Source: Octopus vulgaris (lineage: Eukaryota). From it: 64,000 nt of DNA. A program made the translations under genes and the position numbers. The stretch lies in contig OX597819.1 of assembly GCA_951406725.2 (NCBI GenBank), forward strand, positions 32,426,001 to 32,490,000, given 5' to 3'. Numbering within the stretch: the first letter of the stretch is position 1; each line of letters begins with the position of its first letter. Shown in pieces: positions 27,860-40,645 of this stretch. Below the pieces are notes generated by a model that had not been told where the DNA came from, did no database searches, and worked only from the letters and a program-made list of their open reading frames with translations.

Positions 27860-28211
27860 ATTATTACAGATATAGGGTAAATAATTATTAATTTAACAAT
27901 TAGTAAATTTTACCAAGTAGTTTCGGTATGGAAAAAAAAAACGATTATCAGTAAAAACTTATTCAAAAAGTTTTTTTTATAATTATAAATATAATTAAGG
28001 ATTTAGCAACAAGTTGCTTCACCACATACTGAAAATTTTGAAATAGCAATCAAAGCCAGCTAATTCTTTTAACTACAAATATGACTCCATAGACAGCAAT
28101 ATTCGTAACTCATATAGGCAAAAAGAAGAAAAAATAACGAAATCAAACAGTCTGCGATTAATTATGTACGCGTTTCGGGATTAGAATTATAAAATTCATT
28201 CCCTTCATCAT

Positions 28212-28216
<5 letters not shown>
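27860..28216 (-). mobile_element. Penelope-like pLTR fragment with two tandem decayed HHR motifs
   Basis: Minus 28164-28214: ATG-ATGATGA-A-GGGA...TCCC-GAA-ACGCGT-A-CAT. Minus ~27906-27955: CTGATAA...CC-GAAAC...GTA. Flanked by TA tracts. Confidence 0.6.
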
Positions 28217-28274
<58 letters not shown>

Positions 28275-28294
28275 CATATGTGTGTGTGTATGTC

Positions 28295-28500
28295 TGTGTT
28301 TGTGTTTGTTCCCCACCAGCACTTGACAAACGGCATCGGTGTGTTTACGTCCCCGTAACTTTGCCGTTCGGCAAGGGAGCACGATAAAATAAGTACTAGG
28401 CTTTAGAAGAAAAATCCTAGGGTGAATTTATTCGACTAAAGACTTCAAGACGGTGCCCCAGCATGGCCGCAGTCTAATGATTGAAACAAATGAGAAATAA
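28295..28500 (+). mobile_element. SINE family A, 3' half
   Basis: Matches 11520-11705. Confidence 0.8.
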
Positions 28501-28539
28501 AAGGTATATATATATATACACACACACACATCTATCCAT

Positions 28540-28588
<49 letters not shown>

Positions 28589-28592
<4 letters not shown>

Positions 28593-28930
28593 TATAAATG
28601 GTAAGACAACAAAAGAGACCTCGATATTATGTAAATAGATGAATTTATCGGTAAATATAATATGTGACAATTATTCAGTAGCCATGATAAAACTCCGAGT
28701 TTCGAATGTCGGGGCGGAAACCCACGCTGCAATCTCTTCAGATATCCGGCCATCGAAAAAATGTTATGAAAATGACAAAATGTAATTACTGTGTGATTGA
28801 CCATTGTTAAGACAAAAGAGTTATTAGAATGAGGGAGTAAAGGTAAGGGAGTAAAAATGTCCATAGTATTCGCGTAAGCGCGCAAGTCCATACCTACACA
28901 TGCGCGCCCGCACTCCCATGTACTTATATA
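28589..28930 (-). mobile_element. Penelope-like pLTR fragment with HHR motif
   Basis: Minus 28686-28746: GATA-T-CTGAAGA-GATTG...CATTC-GAA-ACTCgGAGT-T-T-TATC. Lies between (TA)n tracts. Confidence 0.55.
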
Positions 28931-28941
28931 CTTATAGGCGC

Positions 28942-29007
<66 letters not shown>

Positions 29008-29076
29008 ATACATGGATACATAAATATATACATATATACATATATATATGCATTTATATATATACATATATAAATA

Positions 29077-29108
<32 letters not shown>

Positions 29109-30109
29109 CACACTAACATCTCGGTAACTTATGTCTGTTAATGAAGGTACGTATATATACATATCTTCATCTAGATGGACTTAAGTGGTTTTGCCTACGA
29201 TTGAGCCTAAACGCCGCCGTCAGAATACAAAGCATGCTGTTGTAACATGTAGTTATGTAGTTTAAATATCAGACAATAACTAGGAAATAAATTGATTTTT
29301 GCAGATGGCTGTTTGAAATTTATATTCCATTTGATAAAAAGTCATTATTTAGTTTTTTTAGTTGCGAGGTTAATATTCCTTCTTCGCCTTCATTCTAAAG
29401 CAAGACACTGCCCCCTACAATATCGTGTGTTTCTGATTATATAACCCTATCGTATCCCTTGAATCAGGTGAGTATATAAATTGCAGCAGTAGGTAAAGGA
29501 ATGATATCAATATTACATATAAGATGCAAGGATAATTTGACAAATCTGTTCATTGTATGCTTTCTGGAATCCCGCTGTTACTCCAAAGCGTTGACATATT
29601 AAAGCGGATGAATACATTTCAGTGAAAAGAAGCCACAGAAAATTTTATCAGTTGAAACTGGAGAAAGAATGAAAAATAGATTCAGTGACAGTACTCTAGG
29701 ACTTCACACTGTGTATTGATAGAAACATATTAGTTAACTAGCCTACTGCAGTGATTAAACACCGTAAACACATCACAATTATTCATCCACACGTGTACAT
29801 ACACTTAAATATACGTCCACTCATTCACATATAAAATACACAATTATCGCAATAGGAAAGAGAATAAAAACATTAAAAAAATATACGCTGCTTAAGATAA
29901 CGCAATTGCAAAAATAGAAAGGAGAATGAAATCAATATATATATATATATATACAACTATAAATGAACGCACGCACGCACACACATATACACGCGTAAGA
30001 CGTCTAAAAGTTCGTAAGTCGGGAAAAAGATGCACTCGTACATCTGTCAATAGAGTAGGTATATTATCCAACCTGTACGGTGTTATATGTCAAATACTGT
30101 ACACTTTGG

Positions 30110-30145
<36 letters not shown>

Positions 30146-30148
<3 letters not shown>

Positions 30149-30478
30149 ATTCGAGACAAAACCACTATTTTAAAATCAAACAAGGAAAGACTTAATCAAT
30201 ACATAAAATTTTAATATAAATTAATATAATTTGATACTGATTAGAAGATCGAAAATCCACCTGAAGAATGTCAGTAGAGGACAGGAAACAATTGTAGTGG
30301 CGGTTTATTTAATTTATATTAAAATTTTATGTATTGATTAAGTCTTTCCTTGTTTGATTTTAAAATAGTGGTTTTGTCTCGAATTATATTATATAATATT
30401 TTACTATAAAATTGGATTTAACCCTAAATCTGATTTTTCCCTGTAATTTTGGATTCATTCCCTAATATTATATATTAT

Positions 30479-30480
<2 letters not shown>
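30146..30480 (+). mobile_element. Fold-back Penelope-like pLTR element between (TA)n tracts
   Basis: About 85-bp near-perfect inverted arms 30146-30228 / 30304-30390 enclosing an HHR. Confidence 0.75.
30257..30300 (+). ncRNA. Minimal type-I hammerhead ribozyme
   Basis: CCAC-CTGAAGA-A-TGTC agtagag GACA-G-GAA-ACAATTGT-A-GTGG. Palindromic stem III, with predicted cleavage after 30296. Confidence 0.75.
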
Positions 30481-30518
<38 letters not shown>

Positions 30519-30597
30519 TGTATTATACTATTGGAAAAATCAAAACCAAGGCAGAACGAGTATCTCAATCATTTATAATATCGATAATAAATACGCA

Positions 30598-30683
<86 letters not shown>

Positions 30684-30703
30684 GTGGTGGTGGTTGTGTT
30701 GGT

Positions 30704-30875
30704 GAAGGATCAGTTAATTATGATTTTATTCAAAAATCATCTCCATCTCAAATTCACAATTCATTGCCACAGTCCTTCAGCTTTTCTAAGCCCTGTAAAA
30801 GAACCTGGAAATTTGGGCCTCCAACTAGGCTTTTCGTGACATCCTTGAAGGCGGGAACTTTTCAGCATCCCCTCG
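30704..30875 (+). mobile_element. Mariner-derived MITE, 5'-truncated
   Basis: Homologous to 58573-58764 and ends gaacttttcagcatcccctcg|TA. Confidence 0.7.
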
Positions 30876-31045
30876 TAAGTGATCACTGTATCTGTGACAA
30901 TGAAAATCAACAACTACTTAAAATTTAAAGGATCTAAAAGAGAAAAAAATATAATATTTGGTCAGTCAAAATTAACTCTTAATTCCAGTCTGTAAACAAA
31001 ACAAATGAAAAAAATGAAGAAAAAATCTGTACATACATACATACA

Positions 31046-31076
<31 letters not shown>

Positions 31077-32905
31077 TGGGGCAATGAGATATCTAACAAC
31101 ACTGCTTAAATACCAATCTTGAGAAATTAGGCTTTCCAAAATCAGAAAGGAGAAAGCCGGTTCGAAAACTACGGATCGAAGCCATCACCGGAACTGTAAA
31201 AATCTGTAAAACTTTCCAGAAGTTTAAAATTTAAGTATATATGAGCATGTCTAGATATGCAACCATAGGCATGAGAATATATATATTTATAAAACAAAAC
31301 ATACAAATCTGCACATATAGATACATATATAAAAACATACCAATGAAGGCGCTTTGGATCTAGGTTAGAAAACAGCTCTTTCTCTATTGGCAAGAAATGG
31401 TGTCTTGAAATAAAACTGAATAAATGATTACATACATACATACATACATGCATTACATACATACATACATACATGCATACATACATACATACGTACGTAC
31501 ATACATACATACATACATACATACATACATACATACATACATACATACATACATACATACATACATACATACATACATACATACATACAATGAGATATGT
31601 AACAACACTGCCTAAATATCAATCTTGAGAAATTAGGCTTTCCAAAATCAGAAAAGAGAAAGCGAACTACTTAATCACCTGACTATGCCCCGTGTTATAA
31701 ACATTAAATTTAGAGCCATCGATTTTATATAATTCTTGTAAAAGCCCACATGAAATCGGATTCGTTACAAATAGGATCAAAGACATTTGTATTTCTTATT
31801 TTAAAACAAAAGCATTCAATTTAAAGATATGACTACTATTTCTTGCAGGTCAACTGACCACTTACCTTCTCCATTGCTCGTGCTTTATTCAGAATTGCTA
31901 CGTCTTCCGTTCTTTTTTTTTCTTGTCACATCTGTCTCAATAACTCTATTAGTTAATATTTCCCTTTATGGTCTATTTTTAAATTAAAGAACTGACTGAT
32001 GGATTCTTCGTCGGTTTCGATGATGAATTATTCAGTTGTTCCACCAATTGAATTACCTTTTCATGAAATTGACGTATAAACAGTTGAGAGTTTCACAGAC
32101 ATGTAATACCCTTAACACAGTGCGCAGTCGAGTCAACGCGGTACTATGTGACAAGACTGAATCTTTGAGTGATATGTACAATCCAGAGAGAGGGGGAGGG
32201 GGGGGGGGTAAAAAGAGATTGAGTAAAAGGGATATAGAGAGGGATGTAGAGACATTGAGTAAAAGACAGAGAGCATCGACTTTCGAACGGGATTGATGCT
32301 ATATTTAATGGCATTTAAAAGATAACATGCAAACTTTGTCTCGGCGGCTTTCAAAGACGGAACATATACTGTTAGATACTTCATCCTTCGTGCTAATGTC
32401 CAGTTCTCTGCCTTTGGTATAGCTAGATACATATATACAAGCATTATACCAATAATTTCTGCTCTGGAAATTAACATATTTTGAAAAAAGCCTTATGTCG
32501 TAAATCACGTTTTTAATAATCTCCGTCTCTTCTAACTTTACAGGCAGACGACAACGACTATATAGAAGAAATTCTTTCTTAGGAAAAGGACAGTTTATAT
32601 ATTTTTGTAAAAGAATATATGGAAAAAGCCCCAAACAAGCAATTGTTCTGATTGCTCTTTCTCTTCACGTTTTCTGTGTCATTGTATCACTGTTACAAAT
32701 GAAGAACAACCAAAGCAAGTACATGCTTTATAGAGTCATTATCAAACTTATGTGGGTATTTGTAACAACAAAAGATTTATTGTAAATTTTGAAGTTGATA
32801 TGCAGGCAAGAACGAACAAAATAGATAAATAATCAACAGCAACAAAAACAACAATAACAACAGCAGCAGCAATAGCAGCAGCAACAACAAAAATAATAGG
32901 CTTAC

Positions 32906-33021
32906 CGGTGAGTGTAGCCTCAGGCATCTAAGATTTCACTGGATCATCCACTTTCTCCAATGGAATTGGTAAATAGAAGTTTGTTCTGCCATTTAGAACA
33001 ACCCTCATCTTACTGAATTAT
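32906..33021 (-). other. Candidate spliced, apparently non-coding exon
   Basis: Minus-strand acceptor ttattttag| and strong donor CCG|GTAAGC. All three frames contain stops. Confidence 0.25.
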
Positions 33022-33963
33022 CTAAAATAATTTTTACAAAAGGCAACTGTATTCTTTTACATTCTCAGTGATCCCCAGGCAAGTCATTAAGGAGTTCGTA
33101 TGTAATCTCGAAACGAATGAGTGTTGTGAAGGAGAAATTAACCAATCTGAGAAATTAACCAATAATTTTTGCCTGGAAACTGACAATAGCGTCCATTTCT
33201 AGTTCTTTATTGTCATTCTATCGGTTGCAATTCCTACGTTTAGTTCTTGAGTAAAATAAATACCTCGGTTTTATAAATGATATCTCTATATCTCTATAGC
33301 AACATCTTAACGTTACTCATTGATAATAGTTTTATTTATATATTTGCAGGGATATCTGTTGACGAATGCTCACGAGAATTTCTTTGTTTCCTTGTTACAG
33401 CAGTTTACAGCAGTTATACACTTCTCTTACAAGAGTGTAATTCTATTTCATCTTGACACACACACACTACGTTTTAAAAATCTGTTCACCTTAGTTGTAA
33501 AATAACAACCATTTCTATTATATTATTTAAACTTGGAAAGCTGCTTTTGTATCAAATGATTCACCTCACCTTCGTTTTCTCTTTTTCACATCACCAGTCT
33601 CTCACTCTCTTCACCTATGGTCATCTGCTTGTCTGCTTGTCTGTCTGACTGTATGTCTGTCTGTTGCCCGTTTTTTTTTTGTCTGTTTGTGAGAAGAAGA
33701 AAAAAGAATAAAATCGCTTAATTATTTATTTCGGTTACTTTATGTTTGAATTTTAAAGAACGTTTAATATAATCGACACTATCCACAAACCGAAGCAAAA
33801 GACAATTTGAAGACCTAGTATCCATGTTTTCCCAAAGATATTCCTTAAACATTCATGTATAATTATAATACAAATTATATGCATTTTTAGTATAGGACCC
33901 AAACTCTTATACACCTGTCATACTTGGTATAACAAACAATGTTGCACAACTGCTACCAACAAT

Positions 33964-34192
33964 ACTCTTTTACTCGTTTACTATTTTTACTTGTTTCAGT
34001 CATTTGACTGTGGCCATGCTGGAGCAAATCGACCCCAGGACTTATTCTTTGTAAGCCTAGTACTTATCCTATCGGTCTCTTTTTGCCGAACCGATAAGTT
34101 TCGGGGACGTAAACACACCAGCATCGGTTGTCAACAATGTTGGGGGGACAAACACAGACGCACAAACGTATACACACACACACACATACACA

Positions 34193-34223
<31 letters not shown>

Positions 34224-34397
34224 ATATAAACATATATACGACGGGCCTCATTCAGTTTCCGTCTACCAAATCCACTCACAAGGTTTTGGTCGGCCTGAGG
34301 CTATAGCAGAAGGCATTTGCCCAAGGTGCCACGCAGTAGGACTGAACCCGGAACCATGTGGTTGGTAAGCAAGCTACTTACCACACAGCCACTCCTA
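33964..34397 (-). mobile_element. Full-length SINE family A
   Basis: Reverse complement of 11334-11720. Confidence 0.9.
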
Positions 34398-34461
34398 AGC
34401 ATAAATAATCTACTGTACTCTAATATGCAGCTTTTTAATATTTCATTTTATATATATATAA

Positions 34462-34886
34462 GGTGGTGAGCTGGAAGAATCATTAGAACGCTGGGCAAAA
34501 AGCTAAACCTCATTTCGTCCGCTTTTACTCTATGAGTTCAAATTCCACTGATGTGGACCTTGCCTATCATCCTTCCAGGGTCGATAAGATAAGTAGCAGT
34601 TGAGCACTGAGGTCGATATAATCGACTTAACTGGATTTGTACCAAAAGTGGCAACCGATATTTCATTTTATGTGATAAAATGAAATATCGGTGAGCTGGT
34701 AAAATCGTTAGCACGCCGGACGAAATGCCGTTAAACCTTTCGTCCGTCTTCAAATTCTTCCGATGTCGACTTTGTCTTTCATCCATCCGGGATCGATAAA
34801 ATAAGTATCAGCTGAACATTGAGGTCGATGTAATCGACTTATCCTTTCCCTCGAAATTGCTGGCACTGTGCCAAAATTTGAAATCA
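34462..34886 (+). mobile_element. Two tandem SINE-B units
   Basis: Each unit is bounded by atatttcattttat. Confidence 0.85.
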
Positions 34887-35309
34887 ATATTTCATTTTAT
34901 ATATAATGAATAATAATAATAATTTATTAGAGCTTTATTAGATTTTTGTGCTTTATATTAATAAATGAAAATAGGGATAATTATGTAGCCTAAAATGTAT
35001 TATATGCGTCCCTAAAACCATACATAATACACATCACTAATTTTAATCTTCATATTTGTTAGGAGTGAGTGGGAATACATATAATAAATGGAAATTTACA
35101 GTAAATGATGTGATAAAAAATAAAAAAAAAACAGGTATCAAAACATTGCTGACTTTGTTATCAATGTTTGCGTATAAGACAGAAACATTAGAGTGCCGGA
35201 CGAAATGCTTTACAATATTTACTAAAAGTGGAATAAACTGCGCAATGCTATTGTCAAATATAACACAACCAATCGGTGCATATCGCATCACGTCATCTTT
35301 ACGTCACAG

Positions 35310-35534
35310 TTATGGATGATTCTTTTATGACTTCATTGCTTTCAGGCTTAGTTTAAGATATTTTTGCGCCTGACATCAAAAATGCATCTGAATAAACATT
35401 GCCGGACAGCAAATAGAGACGCAGACATTGCTTAGAAAATAATTTTCATTTTTAACCTCGTATATAGTACGCACTAGGGATTTTGACATTTAAATTTTGA
35501 GAAAAAAATGCGGATTATACTCAAGGACTTACGG
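35310..35534 (-). mobile_element. Partial pogo-like MITE
   Basis: Reverse complement of 47988-48205, ending gcggattatactcaaggacttacgg|TA. Confidence 0.8.
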
Positions 35535-35821
35535 TATATATATAGACTATAAAAAGAGATTATGCCAATATCTTTTACATAACAACAAAGACAGTCATTT
35601 GAGATCTTTTAAATTACCACTTATAACCTTTATAATACTTTACGTCAAGTAATTGACCCTGTTCGCTAAACACGAACTTAGTATCTTCGATGGAATAAAA
35701 TATTTTACCATAAAGTAGAGTACTCTAATGCACCGAGCAAGATTTAGTATAATTGTTAAATCCATTCTTAGGCACCAGTCTTTTTACATTATCGTCTCTA
35801 TGCAGATACTCTTTTTCCTCC

Positions 35822-35877
<56 letters not shown>

Positions 35878-36143
35878 ATACAACAAATTTGTATTCCTTG
35901 CTCAGCATAATGCTGTTAAAAACGACCGAACATCTGTCAATTGAGAGTTTTTATTGTTTTTCACACCAACCTCTCACACAACATGTGATTTAACACACTA
36001 GCAACGCTCTATTTCAATATCTTCTTTTAATTATTTGGTCGATATAGCAATCAAACACCGAGCGTCCCTATCTGATTAAAAGATGGCCACTGACTTTGAA
36101 ACACTCACGCACACACAGAGAGAAACACACACACACAGGTACT

Positions 36144-36191
<48 letters not shown>

Positions 36192-37001
36192 AAGAGAAAC
36201 AGTTACACAGTCACATTCACATTCACTCATGCACACATCATACGCATGCACATTATAATTTACACTTGTAACATATAACGAAACACACAAATATCCGTTA
36301 TCCGTTCATAGAAAAACAGACTGGCACATACTGTGATTGACAGGATATTGTTGGCAGCTAATCATCGCTAGACGACCGCCTAGTGGGCTGTGGTGCTATT
36401 ATTTTTCCCCGATCAAATGTGGTAGCGTATTTGTGTGTCAGGGAAAAATTTGTTCTCACTACTGTCCACAAGAGCTCGCTGGTAATGACTGGTGAGTGAT
36501 GTTAAGTAAGTACACTTGATTCGCACCAGCGCTAGAGAACTGGTTATAGGAGAAATGTAATGTCATTTGTTCACAGTGCATTTGTATGTATACTGGAATA
36601 TGGACAAACACACAGGCGCGCACATACGCGCGCACGGACATACGCACGCACGGACATACGCACACACATACACACACGCAGACACAAACATGAATATTCT
36701 GAAGTAACGGTGTGAAGCATTTTCCCAATAAACATAGGTACATACGTATGTACATACATGTAGGTATCTGCTTATGTATGTTATGTATGTATGTATGTGT
36801 GTATGTATGTATGTATGTATGTATGTATGTATGTATGTATGTATGTATGTATGTATGTATGTATGTATGTATGTATGTGTGTATGTACATATGTTGTGTG
36901 TGTATGTATGTATATCGGACAATAACTGATCACAATGCACTTCCAGTTGTTTCTTGATTGCGTCTTTCTTTTCCTTATATACATATATATATATATATAT
37001 A

Positions 37002-37295
37002 TCACCGTGACCGACCAGGCTTTCAGATGTTTCTACTTATCGCTGGTCACAATGCGCTTCGCATTGTTTTAGCCTTCAAATGACGCCACCCCGCTGGCTA
37101 AGCGAGCAGGCCAACAGAAGAGTGAGAGAAAGTTGTGGCGAGAGAGTACAGCAGGGATCGCTACCATCCCCTGCCGGAGCCTCGTGGAGCTTTAGGTGTT
37201 TTCGCTCAATAAACACTCACAAGGACAGGTCTGGGAATCGAAACCGCGACCCTCCGACCACGAGTCCGCTGCCTAACCACTGGGCCATTGCGCCT

Positions 37296-37297
<2 letters not shown>
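37002..37297 (-). mobile_element. tRNA(Arg)-like SINE family D
   Basis: Head ggaggcgcaatggcccagtggttaggcagcggacTCGtggtcggagggtcgcggtttcgattccc. The 3' part is repeated at 55629-55740. Confidence 0.85.
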
Positions 37298-37373
<76 letters not shown>

Positions 37374-37444
37374 ATATATATATATATATACATATTTATA
37401 TATATATACACACATATATACATACACGCACGCACACACATGAT

Positions 37445-37638
37445 TGATCGCTAGCCACTAAAACTTTTTCATTTTCTCTCTCTGATTGTTTCTATGTTCC
37501 TTTCTATTGAAGAGCGTAGACTCGAAATGTAAAAGACATTCTCACTTCCCGAGCGTTAAACTAATACATCTGTATGTTGTTTAGACACGCGTCTTCGTCT
37601 TTTGTTTTGTTTGTCTTTTTTTTTTGTAAATTCCAACT
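37445..37638 (+). mobile_element. Penelope-like pLTR 3' end with decayed HHR, ending in (TA)n
   Basis: 37500-37535: CTTT-CTATTGA-A-GAG cgtaga CTC-GAA-ATGT-A-AAAG. The same terminus (gtcttcgtctttt...aaatttcaac-TATA) recurs at 54241-54305 (+) and 49620-49658 (-), always abutting TA. Confidence 0.55.
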
Positions 37639-37764
37639 ATATATATATAGATGTGTGTGTATATATATATATACGTACATAAAGACAGACAGACGAACAG
37701 ACAGACAGGCGAATAGACAGGCAGATAAACAGACAGATAGATAGATAGATAGCAAAATATATAG

Positions 37765-40645
37765 ATAAGATAGATTAAACAGAGAAATAGAGTGACAGAT
37801 TAGGTAAATAAAAAAATATTTCGGAAGACAAGTGTGGAACACATTGCTTGAATAAAAGATGAACAGTGACATGATATTCTATGTGGCGATCTTTAATTAT
37901 AAGTTTCTAATTATCTTTTCTAATGGCTCACTTCTTAAATTTATAATTATCGAGTGGGTAACTATTTCGACAGTATATCATGAATATGTAATCCTAAGAG
38001 ACAATATTCAAAGGAATGCATGTTGTTCAGTATATCGCTTTCTCTTTAAAACCATTTCTTAGCAAATATATCATTATAAGCACTTAAAATTGTGGATCCT
38101 TGTACCTGACCGACAGATTAACATTGATCCAAGCAATGGAGGCCGCAAATTGACTGTATTCTTAGAACGCTGGATGGACTGCCTTGAGTATCTGTTCTCA
38201 CACTTTCCTCTCTGAGCTCAAATATTGCTGAGGTCAATTGATCTACGTTTGTTGGTAGTATTAGCAAAATATTGCATTCGGTACATTTGATAGGTATAAG
38301 CATTTTAAAATCATTATCTATGTGTGTGAAGCTACTTAAATTTCATACTAGGCGGAAGGCATTTGGCTTACTTTACATCAATTTCACTGCATCTTATTCT
38401 AGCAACCTTCAAGTTTATTCACAAAATGGCTGCCGGTATGACATGATATTATCTTAATAAAAATTTATTTAGAATGAATGTCTCTTCTGGAAGGCGCATC
38501 TAATGATCATTGTAAAGTGTAAGTTATCACCCTTGGATTTTCAGAAATTACTTTATTTCAAAACCTACAAATGATTAATGAGAAATTGTCTGGTGAACAC
38601 GCTATGTTGATTTTCTTTAAGTGTTTGTGTTAATTTCATGCGTGTGGGATTTTGGAATATTTTACTGTATTGCGATGTAGGTGAGGAGGCACGTTATTCC
38701 TAAAATTGAAATGTAGAAGTGAACGTTATGCATGTGTTTTGAACAAGTTTTGTGTACAATATTTGCTGTACAAGTGAGTGTACATAAGTTCGGTTGCTTG
38801 GAGATTCGTGGTGGGGTCATCTTGACGTTAGAGATTTTTTCCAATTGGATGAAATACATATACTGACATTAACTAAAACTTTAGCCTTGGAATTGAAATA
38901 TCTGCTCTGGTTCTTCGACTTTAGCAGGATGTGTGCTCTTATCTCTATACAAGGATTGCGGTTCTTTAATCGAAACAATGACTGTATTTGTGCGTTTATT
39001 TGTGTGAGTGTGTATTTCGCATGTGTGGATATGTGTGTGTATATATGTGTTCAAGTGTGTGTTTGTATGTATGTGTGTATCTGTGTTTGTGTGTGTGTGT
39101 GTGCATTTGTGCGTGCGTGTGTTTGTCTGTGTGCAGTTAGGTCAAGAAGCGAAAGAATGTAGTACCTAGCACATGTAGGGGGAGCTGTAATGACAATTTA
39201 ACTGGCAAGGATATGTTTACGAATGTTCGGACATACGGATGCACAGAGAGAGAGAGGGGGGGAGAAATAGAAAGAAAGCAAGAGAGAGGGAGGGAGAGAG
39301 AAAGCAAGAGATAGAGAGGGAGAGAGAAGGTGTGAGGCGGAGAGAGAGCGGATAGACATAAAGATCAATGGATGTATTGGATAAGATAGATAAATAGATA
39401 GGTATGTATGTATGTATGCATGTATGTATGTATGTATGTATGTATGTATGTATGTATGTATGTATGTATGTAGGTAGGTAGGTAGGTAGGTAGGTAGGTA
39501 GGTAGGTAGGTAGGTAGGTAGGTAGGTAGGTAGGTAGGGGAGCAAATAAGATAGATTAAACAGAGATATACAATGATAGATTAGTTAAATAAAAACATAC
39601 TTCGGAAGACAAGTGTGGAACCCATTGCATGAATAAAAGATGAACTGTGACATGATATTCTATGTGGCGATCTTTAATTATGAGTTTCTAATTATCTTTT
39701 CTAATGGCTCACTTCTTAAATTTATAATTATCGAGTGGGCAACTATTTCGACAGCATATCTTGAATATGTAATCCCAAGAGACAATATTCAAAGGAATGC
39801 ATGTTGCTCAGTATATCGTTTTCTCTTTAAAACCATTTCTTAGCAAATATATCATTATAAGCACTTAAAATTGTGGATCCTTGTATCAGATTGACAGATT
39901 AACGTTCACCTCAGCCATGGAGGCGGCAAATTGACAGTATTCTTAGAACGCTGGATAGAATGAATGCCTCTCAGCTCAAATACTGTCGAGATCAATTGAT
40001 CTTCCTTTGTGGATAGCATCAGCAAAATATTACATTCGGTACAGTTGATAAGTATAAGCATTTTAAAAACATTATCTTACATGTGAGAAACTACTTAAAT
40101 TTCATGCTAGGCGGAAGATATTTCGCTTAGGCACACCTAATTGTTATTGCAAAACGTAAGTCATCACCTTTGGGTTTTCAGAAATTATGTCATTTCAAAA
40201 TCTGCGAATGATTACTTTTATTAAATAGATGAGAAATTATCGAGAAATCATGCTGCGTTGTGTCAAATTTCCTCAAATATTTGTGTTATTTTTATGGGTG
40301 TATAGTAGAGGGCGCTTGGAATAATTTAGTGCATCGGTATATCGATGAGGTGGTACGTTGTAATACCCAATATTGAAGAGTAGAGGTGTACGATATGCTT
40401 GTGTATAAAACAAGTTTTGTGTACAAATTTGCTGTACATGTTTTGAATGCATATGTCGGGTTGTCTGGAGAGTTGTGGTCATCTCGGTGTAGTAGGTATT
40501 TTCCAATTGGATAAAATGGATGCATTTATTGAAAAGTATAGTTTTGCAGGTTAAATATCCGTTAGGATTTTTCGACTTTAGCAGGGTGTGTACTCTTTCT
40601 CCTATACCAGGGTTGCAATTCTTTCACTAAGATAGTGACTGTGTG
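37765..40645. repeat. Tandem segmental duplication of ~1.1-1.2 kb unique sequence
   Basis: 37765-38990 aligns with 39546-40645. The duplicated spurious ORFs 37859.. and 39640.. reflect this. Confidence 0.9.

Noticed and set aside
31340-31385. CCAATGAAG...GAAA(A/C)C motif (also 55080-55115 minus)
   Set aside because: Both copies lack CUGA and a stem II, so it is not called a ribozyme.
36374-36388. CTCF-like motif (CCACTAGGCGG, minus)
   Set aside because: A single partial match is expected by chance in 64 kb.
37230-37297. tRNA-Arg(TCG)-like sequence
   Set aside because: No acceptor stem or terminator. It continues into a SINE body repeated elsewhere.
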